Translations under genes and position numbers: made by a program
Notes under the pieces: generated by a model
The model's database searches: none
What the model was told of the DNA's origin: nothing
The model's input: only the letters and a program-made list of their open reading frames with translations
Shown here: positions 19,637 to 29,276 of the stretch, one piece after another
Position numbering within the stretch: position 1 is the stretch's first letter
Layout: each line of letters begins with the position of its first letter
Virus record (IMG/VR): IMGVR_UViG_3300014206_000010
Coordinates: 1-64,000 of that record
Length of the DNA stretch: 64,000 bases
Origin: a virus
Taxonomy: Duplodnaviria > Caudoviricetes
Reading direction: 5' to 3' (one strand)

Positions 19637-21130
19637 TTATTTTACAAATTTACCAATATTGATAAATCTAACTAATTTCTTAGGAGCATATAAAAATGGA
19701 GTTCCATACATTAAAATCATAAACCTAAAGGCAGGAGAAAGAACAGCTAAATCCATTTTCATCAATGGAGCTAACTGAGCGAATTCAACTACTTCGTTAT
19801 CAAATTGTGTAAGGAAAGATTGATCGGTATCTGGTAAATAACGATTCATATCACGAATAGAACCTGCACTTCCGCCATCATATCCACGTGAAAGATCGTC
19901 CAAAGATACTTCAAACAAAGGAAAGAATTCACTATCTACTCCAGCTCCAGCTTTTGTTCTGTAAATTCTATAAGCGGTTGCTTTGTTAACTCCACCTCCA
20001 TCAGTGAATTTTAAATCAATAGCTCCGCCAGATACGGCAGATACAGCTGTATTGTAAATTGCTAAATCGGATTCTCCAAATCTATTAATTCCAGTAACAG
20101 CATAATAAACGTTTCCAGCGTCTGAAGTTTCCCATTTACCATCAGAAACAACAGGTTGAACAGTAATAGCATCTGTCTCAGCAAAAACTGGTTTTGTCGA
20201 TGCATTTTGAGAATTAGCAGGAGTTGATGAATTTTTACTTGGTAATTTCTTAAAGAAAATATCATGATTCAATCCAATTCTTCCGAATTGAGAATCAAAA
20301 GCCTGAACTCTCTGACCCATGATACCATTAGAAACTCCTTCGCTATTAGGCATGATAAATTTATTACCATAGAAGTTTTTAACAAAGCTTGAAAGAACAG
20401 CAGGAGCACCATAAATTTGAGTTCCTAAACCATAATTTTCTACAATAGAATTAGCAGCAGTTTCAATAGCAGATTCAGTTAATGCCGAACCTCTTAAATC
20501 AACTACCATTTCAGAATTCATATAATCTGCATAAGAAGCCCAAGCATCAGATTGCTGCTGTTGAGCTAAAAATCCGTTAAATTGTTCAGGAACATTCTTT
20601 TCGTTACCAAAATATAATCCCTGATTCAAAGTACGTAAAATCCAAAGTGTTCCATCTTTTATGGTGCGTTCCATAATAGAACCAATCATTGTATTTACAA
20701 GAGTCATCTGATGAGTAACACTTTTAGTTACACCAAGATATTTAACCAACTGAGCTCTACGTACAAAGATACTGTCTTCTTCTTCTGGTAATTCTCCTTC
20801 TCTGTTCCAACCGCCACGATTAGCACCATAAGAAGTCTGTTGATTGTATTCTTCGACTGTGTTATAAGCAGCCTTTTTAGGAAGGTCTTTCCATAAACGA
20901 ATATCATTTTCACGGAAGGTGATATGCTTTAGAGTTTTCTCCAAAGATTCAACCTTCAAGGGAGCACCTGACGCTGTAGTCAAGTCTGCGGTATCACGAC
21001 CAGTAATTTGTTCAGCATTCAACGCTTTATTTAAAGCGTCAACATTTTCAGAACTTCCTGCGCCAAGGTGAAGACCGTCTTGCTGAGAGGCATAACCATA
21101 ATCAGCTAAATTGATTGATAATCTTTCCAT
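19637..21130 (-). CDS. Major capsid protein (Herelleviridae-like)
   Basis: 'GAPLKVESLEKTLK', 'AYNTVEEY', 'RRAQLVKYLGVT', C-terminal 'LAPLMKMDLA...MYGT...APKK'. Confidence 0.92.
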   Translation of the reverse strand: MERLSINLADYGYASQQDGLHLGAGSSENVDALNKALNAEQITGRDTADLTTASGAPLKVESLEKTLKHITFRENDIRLWKDLPKKAAYNTVEEYNQQTSYGANRGGWNREGELPEEEDSIFVRRAQLVKYLGVTKSVTHQMTLVNTMIGSIMERTIKDGTLWILRTLNQGLYFGNEKNVPEQFNGFLAQQQQSDAWASYADYMNSEMVVDLRGSALTESAIETAANSIVENYGLGTQIYGAPAVLSSFVKNFYGNKFIMPNSEGVSNGIMGQRVQAFDSQFGRIGLNHDIFFKKLPSKNSSTPANSQNASTKPVFAETDAITVQPVVSDGKWETSDAGNVYYAVTGINRFGESDLAIYNTAVSAVSGGAIDLKFTDGGGVNKATAYRIYRTKAGAGVDSEFFPLFEVSLDDLSRGYDGGSAGSIRDMNRYLPDTDQSFLTQFDNEVVEFAQLAPLMKMDLAVLSPAFRFMILMYGTPFLYAPKKLVRFINIGKFVK

Positions 21131-21155
21131 TATTCTTTTTTTTATAAAGTGTTTT

Positions 21156-22661
21156 TTATTTTACAATTTCATATCCAAATTCATTCTTAATACGTGCAAT
21201 TATGCTCATAGGTAAAGATTTTGTTGCTTCAAAATGAGTAACAGCTTTGCTAAACTCATCATCAAACCCCTTTGAGAAAGTAGCTTGGTCAAGAATTTCA
21301 GCAACCGCACCCCTTTGTTTACTCATGCTAACCTGATTAGTATTTAATTTTGTTTTGCCTCTATTACCAAATTCATTATCATTTGATTTGGCAAATTGAC
21401 GTTCTACTGGATGTGAAGATGATAATGATTTCGGAGCTGGAACTTCAGAACCAAATGCTTCAAGTTTTTCAGACATAACTGAAATAGTTTCATCTTGAGC
21501 TTTTACAATGTCAAGAAGTTCGTTTTCACGACCAGCTGCTGATACAAGTTTTTGACTCGCGTCTTTGACCATAACTCCAAGTGCTTTTATGTACTTAGAA
21601 TTAATTTGATGAGAAGTAGTAATTGCTTTTTCAATTCTGTCAAAACGATTACCACCTTCTGCTTTTTGTACTTTTCCTTTTTCGCCTTTTTTATTTTTAG
21701 CATCGTCATCATCTTCTTCTTCCTCTTCAGTAGCTTCGTCTTCTTCAGCTTCTTCAGGTTTATCAGTTTTTGACTTTGCTTTATTAATAGGCTTTTTAGA
21801 TTGCACGCTTGAAGTATCGCAACCTTTTTCTACGTCATTCGCATCAATATCAAGCCCAAGAGCTTCATATGCTTTTTGAATATCGTTTTCTGTTACGTTT
21901 TTTCTACCTTTCATATTTGCAAATTTTATTAACATTAAATGAATTTTTTCTGCTTTTCCAATACTAATAGCTGGAATGTCCTTGAAAAGTCTTTCAACAA
22001 CCTCTGATTTTGAAAAAGTTTGTTTTTTTATTTTTTTATCAACTGATTCTTTTTTCAAAGGTGCAGCAGCTATTGTGTCTAAACTCTTTTCTTTTTCTTT
22101 TTCTTTTTCTTCATCTTCTTCAAAATCATCAATTTCTCCTTTAATGATATTGGCAAAAGTTTTAGGATTTTTAGGTTGATGAGTAACAGCCACTCCAGTG
22201 ATAACAGCCTTTGTTATTTTTTTATAATCCGAAGAATTTTTATCATTTGATTTACGTTTCAATACTCTACCTTCAATAGAATATCCCAAACGTCTTGTCT
22301 TTGAATCTTTTTCAAGAGTTTGAGCAAGTTCCCAAACTTCACATGCTATTTTACTGGAAGGATATAAATCAGTTTCAATATACAAACCTTCTGGACGAAT
22401 TTCTGCTTTTGAAGGTTCTCCTATAATTGTAGCAGGTTGACCTTTTGCTTGATGATGCCAATTAACCATTCCACTTTTTATCAATGGTTTGATATCAAAA
22501 CCTTTTGGGTCAAGAAATTCACCATCGCTATCTTCATCTGAAGTTGAAGCTATACCTCCCAGCCTCATTATTTCTTCTCCTGTGGTTGGGTCAATTACAG
22601 CTTCGTTTGCTTTTTCAATTGGACACCAAAATTCAAAACTATCTTCTATTGTTTTTGACAT
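21156..22661 (-). CDS. Prohead protease plus scaffold (start probably MSKTIE at 22661)
   Basis: 'GIASTSDEDSDGE', 'VNWHH', 'LGYSIEG', 'GVAVTHQPKNP'; long acidic/coiled C-terminus. Confidence 0.85.
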   Translation of the reverse strand: MSKTIEDSFEFWCPIEKANEAVIDPTTGEEIMRLGGIASTSDEDSDGEFLDPKGFDIKPLIKSGMVNWHHQAKGQPATIIGEPSKAEIRPEGLYIETDLYPSSKIACEVWELAQTLEKDSKTRRLGYSIEGRVLKRKSNDKNSSDYKKITKAVITGVAVTHQPKNPKTFANIIKGEIDDFEEDEEKEKEKEKSLDTIAAAPLKKESVDKKIKKQTFSKSEVVERLFKDIPAISIGKAEKIHLMLIKFANMKGRKNVTENDIQKAYEALGLDIDANDVEKGCDTSSVQSKKPINKAKSKTDKPEEAEEDEATEEEEEDDDDAKNKKGEKGKVQKAEGGNRFDRIEKAITTSHQINSKYIKALGVMVKDASQKLVSAAGRENELLDIVKAQDETISVMSEKLEAFGSEVPAPKSLSSSHPVERQFAKSNDNEFGNRGKTKLNTNQVSMSKQRGAVAEILDQATFSKGFDDEFSKAVTHFEATKSLPMSIIARIKNEFGYEIVK

Positions 22662-22742
22662 AATTATAACAAATAAGGTCAAAGAGTAATTAATTTATAC
22701 CTTTGACCTTATTATAACTGTCAATGTAAAAATGTTCAATTC

Positions 22743-23309
22743 TTACATTGAAATATTATTATACGCTTGTTTCATAGATATATTATAAGGAATTCTACCG
22801 TATTTTTTTGCTAAAATTTTATATTTTGCGCCATTATAAATAGTTGCTACAGTGTTCCAATCTTTATTTTTTACAGCCGATTGTAATCTTGAATCAGTAG
22901 AAATAAATTTACAAATCTGCCAAACTTGTCTTTCTTCTCCTTTTTTAGCATCATCCCACATTTTTCCCACTGAAGAATAACCAAGCCTTTTATAATGAAA
23001 TCCCATAATCTGCCCCAATCCTATTGAAGTTGATTGCATAGCAGAATCTTTGTTTATAAAAAAAGCATTATTAAAAGCAAGCCATTCTTTTGATTGAACA
23101 TCAACTTTATTTACACTCCATAATCCGGAAGGAGCGAAAGGAGTTTTTCTTTTAAACCAAACAGGTTCAAATTGTATAAGTATTTTACCTGTTTTATTAT
23201 TAAATCCCCTGCCTCCTGTCTCAACTGTTATAAAAGCAGTTACTGCTTTCCAATCAAGTAAAAATTCAGAAGATATTTTTTTTATTATTTGAATTAATGA
23301 CGATTTCAT
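22743..23309 (-). CDS. Endolysin, N-acetylmuramidase (DUF3380-like)
   Basis: 'VETGGRGF', 'IQFEPVWF', 'STSIGLGQIMGFHY', 'YNG'. Confidence 0.85.
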   Translation of the reverse strand: MKSSLIQIIKKISSEFLLDWKAVTAFITVETGGRGFNNKTGKILIQFEPVWFKRKTPFAPSGLWSVNKVDVQSKEWLAFNNAFFINKDSAMQSTSIGLGQIMGFHYKRLGYSSVGKMWDDAKKGEERQVWQICKFISTDSRLQSAVKNKDWNTVATIYNGAKYKILAKKYGRIPYNISMKQAYNNISM

Positions 23310-23692
23310 TATTTAATTTTTAATTGTGAAAAATCAATACAATCTTTATTTAACCAATCAATAAGTTTATCAGATTTTTCTGTATTTTTCATTTTTAAAA
23401 AATTATCAACTGTAATATTGTAAGAAGATAAATACATTTTAAATCCTTCTTCAAGCAATCCAATTCTATTTCCTTTTTCTGTTATCTCTTGAAATTCTTT
23501 AGATAAATCTTCAAATTTTTTGGTTCCTTGTATAGCATCAAAATATGCTTGCCTCTGATAAGGTTGAAGCAGAGGAAACTTTCCCTTAAAAGGAATAATT
23601 TGAGATGGTTTTTTGAGTGTAACGTACTTGCTCGCTCTTCCTCCCATTATTGAAACAAATCTTTCTCTTAACATAGCTTTATTTTTTAACAA
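23309..23692 (-). CDS. Hypothetical protein
   Basis: Coupled to both neighbours. Confidence 0.5.
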   Translation of the reverse strand: MLKNKAMLRERFVSIMGGRASKYVTLKKPSQIIPFKGKFPLLQPYQRQAYFDAIQGTKKFEDLSKEFQEITEKGNRIGLLEEGFKMYLSSYNITVDNFLKMKNTEKSDKLIDWLNKDCIDFSQLKIK

Positions 23693-26039
23693 TAACTTTA
23701 CTTCTATTCAAAACTATCATAAATGAATTTGAACAACCGTTTCCATGAGGTTCTATAATAGCATCATATCCCTTTAATGCAGCATATGTTCCAATTCCTT
23801 CTTTATTACCATTACGAACTGATTCATAAATTCCAGAAATTATATCTCCGTCTGGATCTTTAGTTTTCTTTAAATCGGATATTTCTTGAGTAGCTTTATT
23901 CAATTCTGATTTTGTTACTTTTATGCTTGAACGTAATTTAACTGCTTTATCACCAATATTATCCAATTCTTTTTTAACAGCTTCTGTAATTACTTTATAA
24001 TGATTATTCATTATCCAATCTTCAAATCTTTTAACAGGATAATTATAAGCACTGGTAAAAGCATTCTTTCTTTTTATAGCATTATTTTCATATTGATATC
24101 TACTTAACATAAAATGCTCTTTTGAATTTGGAAGTTTAAAAACAAATATATCAGTTCCTTTACCTTTTTCTTTTACAGAACCTCCGTTCTTCTCGACCCA
24201 ATCAAACAATTTATTTTTTACAAAATCATCAAATTTAGGATAATCTGGATTACCGTCCTTATCAAGTTTTCCCCAATTAGTATTATCAATTTCTAATTGA
24301 CGCATAACTAAAGTATCTTCATCCCAATGCATTTTACTTTTTACAGAATTTTCAACATTTACAGTAAGATTATCATAATCATCTTGATTTTTTTTCAATT
24401 GAGAATTTAAAGAATCAATATCAATTTGTTTTGCATCAACCGCTGCTTTATCAAAAGTAACCAAAGAAAGTATTTCATCTTTTAAATCTTCTACCATAGC
24501 AACTTTTGCTTTTGGATCAAGACAACATTCAAGAACAACTCCTGACCTTCCCGCATAAGAATGAGCTTCCTCATAAGCATCAGAATTTTTATAAGTAGTT
24601 TGAGTATTACTATCATCTTCCCCATCATTTACATGCGTGTAAATTCCAGAACCATGAATTCCAAGTGTTCCAAAAAAACAATTATCATTATATTTAAACT
24701 CATCAGCATAAAAATCCGCATCGTGCTGACCGCCATTCAGACCACGAAACATTTGATATTTTGTCTGTTTAACTGTATTCCAATATGAAGTTTCATCAAC
24801 TACTTTTGGACGTGCATCAAACCCTCTTTTTTGACAAATTGAACTTAATAATTCCCATCCAACTGTATAATTAGTAGCACCTAATTTATTATAATAACTT
24901 TTCCCGCTTTGATTATTCCATAAAGAGTTTTTTTCATCATCTGAAAAGTCTTTATACATATCAGCATCACTTTTCAGTTTTCTCGGTAATACTTTTCTGT
25001 TACCTTTAGCAAGTTTTGCTTTTAAATCGTTTTTTATTTTTTTTAATGATTTAAAACGTTCATCAAACGTTGAAAAAAGATTAGAATTACTTTCAACTAA
25101 AAATCCGATAACATCATTTCGCTTTTTTAACACTTTATCAATTTGATCAATATAATCCTGAGTAGTAAGATTAGCAACAACAGCAGGATTATATTTAATC
25201 ATTGAATCAAAATCTATAACATTATCTCCAAATGGTTTAGAATTTCCTTGAGCTTTATAATTCAAAGCTCCGCCATTATCTACTCGTATTAATCTGCCAG
25301 CTGAATCAATTAAACAATTATCATTCTGATAAATATCCCAATTAGCTAAAAGAGCGTCTACAACAAATCCCTTAGCCATCTCATCATAATCTTTACTACT
25401 TGAATTTTTAGTCATAGGAATAAATTTGGATAACATTACAGTTTCTCCATTTTCTTCATATAACTCATAATCGGGGACTCTTAATCCCATTAAATCATAA
25501 AGTTGATTAGTTAAATATTCAGAATGAACATGTTCATTCGAAGTATTTGTACCTTTTTTCATCACATACTGATTGCCCCTAACATCTTCTACTAATTCAG
25601 CTCCAGTACTACCACCTAACTTTTTAACCACCTTTAAAGTGCTTAAATCATTTGGAAATAATTCGTTGATGTATTTTTGTTTATCAATAGATTTTTTAGA
25701 ACCATCTACTAATTGTTTACCAACTTTACTCTTACCTCTAAAAACACGCCAATCGTATTTAGTCTTAGCATTCGGAGTAGCTGCATAAATATACATTACC
25801 CCATCTACAACTTTAGTTTGACCAGGAATAACAGCCTTACAAATTTCTGTATCAGGTTCTATTTCATTAATATGATCATATAAAGATTTTGAGACGCATA
25901 CATAATATTCATAAGAGTCACCAAACTCATCAGATTTAATTTTATAAGCATCGCAAGCCTTTATAAGAATATCATCAGAAATATCACTAAGAAAATTTCC
26001 CTCAGCAATTTTGTCTAACGCTTTTCTTATATTTTTCAT
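23679..26039 (-). CDS. HipA/CtkA/LepB-like (PI3/4K-fold) kinase fused to an ADP-ribosyltransferase-like domain; putative internal head protein
   Basis: Kinase: LGGSTGA, YVMKK, SEYL, DALLANWD, RVDNGG. ART-like: MFRG, GSGIY, AHSYAG, GYDAII, MIVLNRSKV. Confidence 0.7.
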   Translation of the reverse strand: MKNIRKALDKIAEGNFLSDISDDILIKACDAYKIKSDEFGDSYEYYVCVSKSLYDHINEIEPDTEICKAVIPGQTKVVDGVMYIYAATPNAKTKYDWRVFRGKSKVGKQLVDGSKKSIDKQKYINELFPNDLSTLKVVKKLGGSTGAELVEDVRGNQYVMKKGTNTSNEHVHSEYLTNQLYDLMGLRVPDYELYEENGETVMLSKFIPMTKNSSSKDYDEMAKGFVVDALLANWDIYQNDNCLIDSAGRLIRVDNGGALNYKAQGNSKPFGDNVIDFDSMIKYNPAVVANLTTQDYIDQIDKVLKKRNDVIGFLVESNSNLFSTFDERFKSLKKIKNDLKAKLAKGNRKVLPRKLKSDADMYKDFSDDEKNSLWNNQSGKSYYNKLGATNYTVGWELLSSICQKRGFDARPKVVDETSYWNTVKQTKYQMFRGLNGGQHDADFYADEFKYNDNCFFGTLGIHGSGIYTHVNDGEDDSNTQTTYKNSDAYEEAHSYAGRSGVVLECCLDPKAKVAMVEDLKDEILSLVTFDKAAVDAKQIDIDSLNSQLKKNQDDYDNLTVNVENSVKSKMHWDEDTLVMRQLEIDNTNWGKLDKDGNPDYPKFDDFVKNKLFDWVEKNGGSVKEKGKGTDIFVFKLPNSKEHFMLSRYQYENNAIKRKNAFTSAYNYPVKRFEDWIMNNHYKVITEAVKKELDNIGDKAVKLRSSIKVTKSELNKATQEISDLKKTKDPDGDIISGIYESVRNGNKEGIGTYAALKGYDAIIEPHGNGCSNSFMIVLNRSKVIVKK

Positions 26040-26040
26040 A

Positions 26041-27756
26041 TTAATCTTCTCCTAATAATAATGTTTCTGCTTTTTCCAAAGTCATATCTTCTTCAAAGAA
26101 ATCATTTTCTTGAGCCTTAAAAGTATTTGGCGTTGCTTGTTTTTTGTCACCCGATGTTTCTATTTCTTCTTCTGAAAATAAATCTTCGGCTTTTTTTAAT
26201 TCATTTGAATTAGTTTCATCCAATAAAATATCTTCAGCCTTAACAAGCTCTTCTGAAGATTCTGAAGAATCTCCAAAATCAAGTTTAGCAGCTTTGGTTA
26301 ATATTGCTGTTGCTTTTTCTCTCCAATCCTTAATTTTTGAACCAATTAAAGAAGCAAATGCTGGATTTTTACGTTTTTCATTTGCTTTATCAACTTTACG
26401 TTTATTGATTAAAACTTCTTGAAAAGTTCTTGTTGTAAATTGAGCTGGATCAATATTATTTTCATCTTTCTTTATAATCCCTAAAATTTCATCACGTTCT
26501 TTTCTATCGTCAGCTTCATTATCAAGTCTTGGAGCCTGCTTGAACTCAAAATCTTGATAACGATTTTCTATAACTTGAATTGTTTCTGGCACAGTCATAT
26601 AAATTTCAGAAACCATCATAGCTCTACTTATGATTGCTTTTGTATCTTCACTTTCAGAAAGAGTAGTTAAATCTTTATTAGTCATTATTACAATGCGACC
26701 AGTAAATTCAAAATTTTGTTTAATGTCATCAGGGTCACCAACTATACGTGCTCCAGTAGATGCAGTTGCTTTCTTCATAACAGCCGCACAATCACTTCTT
26801 CTTAAGACCTTATCATTATCATCAAAGATAATAATTTTATTGTTATGAGCTTTAAGAATATTCAATAATTGTTTTCCACTATTAACATCAGGTGCTTCAA
26901 ATGTATCATAATCATCATCTCCTGGTGCGTCTCCTACTCCAAATGGTTTAAGATTCAAAAGTTCAGCCATTTTCTTAAATCCGTAAGATTTACCAACACC
27001 AGCTCCTCCTGCTGAAATCATAAATCTTTGTTCATTATTATCCAAGAATTCAAGATATTGTTCATTTAAGTCTTGAACAACCTCTACTGGATCCATGTAG
27101 TCTTTTTCTTTTTTCTTCATCTTATAAACAAATTGATCATATTTTATACGACCTTCTTTTGTTTTAAGATTGAACATTTTTTTTACCCTATCGTCATTTC
27201 TGTCAAGATACCATTTTTCAGTTATTTTGTCACCTTCATCTACACCTCCATCAGTATCTATTTCAGCAGCAACATCTGAATTATCTACTGTATCTTGATC
27301 ATCTGAAGTTGAAGTATCATTTGTTTTAGCTCCTACATTACCAGTCATCTTCATTAATTGAATAAGAGTTCCTGAAGTATCAACTTTAGACATATCAAAA
27401 TTTCTTCTTCCAAGTTCATCATACGCTATCTTACGCATTTGAGCATTACCATTTTTACTATTAGCAACCTTTAAAAGATTATCATCAGAAGTTTTGGTTG
27501 CCCAGATTGCTAATCGTTGAGAATCCATAGGTTTACTCTGACCTTTAACCTTAGCATTTGCTATCTGTTGAGTAGTAGGTTTTGAAGAAGTTTGATTTGA
27601 AGATACATTAGAATCTTTTGATTGAGTTTTATTTTTAATTGGACGCCAATCATATTTTCCTGATTTGTATTCAGTCCAAGCCCATTTACCATTTGGGTGA
27701 ACGTCACCCACTTGTCTTTTAATAGCTTTTTCAATTAAATCTTTTTCCTTTGTCAT
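26041..27756 (-). CDS. AAA+-type P-loop ATPase with N-terminal Trp-rich module and acidic xxKA-repeat tail
   Basis: Walker A GGAGVGKS, Walker B IIIFDD, 'FEFTGRIVIMTN'. Confidence 0.7.
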   Translation of the reverse strand: MTKEKDLIEKAIKRQVGDVHPNGKWAWTEYKSGKYDWRPIKNKTQSKDSNVSSNQTSSKPTTQQIANAKVKGQSKPMDSQRLAIWATKTSDDNLLKVANSKNGNAQMRKIAYDELGRRNFDMSKVDTSGTLIQLMKMTGNVGAKTNDTSTSDDQDTVDNSDVAAEIDTDGGVDEGDKITEKWYLDRNDDRVKKMFNLKTKEGRIKYDQFVYKMKKKEKDYMDPVEVVQDLNEQYLEFLDNNEQRFMISAGGAGVGKSYGFKKMAELLNLKPFGVGDAPGDDDYDTFEAPDVNSGKQLLNILKAHNNKIIIFDDNDKVLRRSDCAAVMKKATASTGARIVGDPDDIKQNFEFTGRIVIMTNKDLTTLSESEDTKAIISRAMMVSEIYMTVPETIQVIENRYQDFEFKQAPRLDNEADDRKERDEILGIIKKDENNIDPAQFTTRTFQEVLINKRKVDKANEKRKNPAFASLIGSKIKDWREKATAILTKAAKLDFGDSSESSEELVKAEDILLDETNSNELKKAEDLFSEEEIETSGDKKQATPNTFKAQENDFFEEDMTLEKAETLLLGED

Positions 27757-27810
27757 AATTATTATCTGTAATGTTATTTGATTCTACTTATGATAAAGAT
27801 AATAACTGCT

Positions 27811-29265
27811 TCAATCTGTTTCCCATTCAATAGGAAGTTCTATGTGATAAAAATCTTCCATTATTTCATGAGTTATCTTCTTTACATTTTCGGAGTCTTT
27901 ACCTTTTTCAAGTTCTTTTTTTATAAGTTTTTTTCCTCCAGCACATAATCTTATTATTTCTTGAGCGTTCTTTTTTGCATTAAATAATTCATTTACTAAT
28001 TCAAAATTATGTTTTGTGTCTTTTAAAAATTTAGCAGGAGACATATTATTAATTTTTTCTATTAGTTCTTCACCAAATTCTTTAGGTGTAGCATTTCATG
28101 GAATAATGATTGCTCTGACGTTTTCAAATAATGGGTCATATAAATCCTTATCACTATATTCAGAAAGTCCTCTATAATCACGTAACACTGGATAAGCACC
28201 GCATAACATAGCTTCAATAATAAAACCATTTATATGAGTTTTACAATAACGTGCATAATGTTTAGACCAAGATGGGTCAATAGCAAATTTAGTATTTTTT
28301 AAAGTTGATACAACTTCACTTCCTGACATTTGACCCATATATTTCATACCAAATTCAATAGCTCTATCCCAAAGAGAAAGTTTACCGTCAAGTTCCTTAG
28401 GAAGTTCAGGGTCACGCTTTATTGTGCACATATAGTTACTTTTCGTCTTCGTTTCACTGGTCATATAGTTATATTCTATGCCTGTACCAGCAATTTTAAT
28501 AGAAAAACGTTTACCTCTTTCGCCTTGAATATAAGGGACAGAAGCAATGAGCTCTTCCATGTGTTTCATACTTTTAAACATATGAGCTGCAAAAAAATCT
28601 TCCTTCCTATTATTCATTATTTTAATAGGCATTCTTGCATTATCTGGAATATACCGTGGATTTAATAACAAACTTCTCGGAATACCTATTTCAGAACAAC
28701 ATTGATAAGCAGCTAAATGAGCACAACCTAAAAACAATATTTTATTTTTTAAAGCTGAAATATTACTTGCTCTTACATTAAAATAAGCATCGTGACAAAG
28801 AAAAACTTGTTTAATATTAGAAGGTAAATCAAAAAACTTCCACCAGAAATTAAAATCTATTCCCTTTTTATTCCAAATAGAACTTTTTGTTGGCATGAAA
28901 TTCCATAAAATTATATCAGCATCTTCAACAAGTTTTTTCCATCTTTTAACAGAATCTTTTTCATACACTCCTATACGATTGCTTGGTGGTAAAAAATATC
29001 CATAATAATTATTTCTCCAATATCCTGTTGCTTCATCTTTTTCATATCCTCCTGCTTGAGATTGAAATTTTATTTTTCTTTGATATTCTCCGTTTTCAAG
29101 TTCTTTTACTTTTTTATCATAAGTTTTTTGTGTAGTTGAAGCAGGAGTCATTTGAGCGACATCTACTTTATGACCTAAATATTGGAATGCTTTCAACATA
29201 CTTGCTACATATTCCACAATTCCTCCATATTTTGCTATCTGAAAATCTGCTATAAATATTTTCAT
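27811..29265 (-). CDS. GT-B glycosyltransferase interrupted by an in-frame TGA at 28096-28098
   Basis: 'MKIFIADF..KYGGIVEY', 'GFIIEAMLCGAYPV'; ORF 27811..28044 is in the same frame 17 codons after the TGA. Confidence 0.65.
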
Positions 29266-29276
29266 GATTAAAACAA

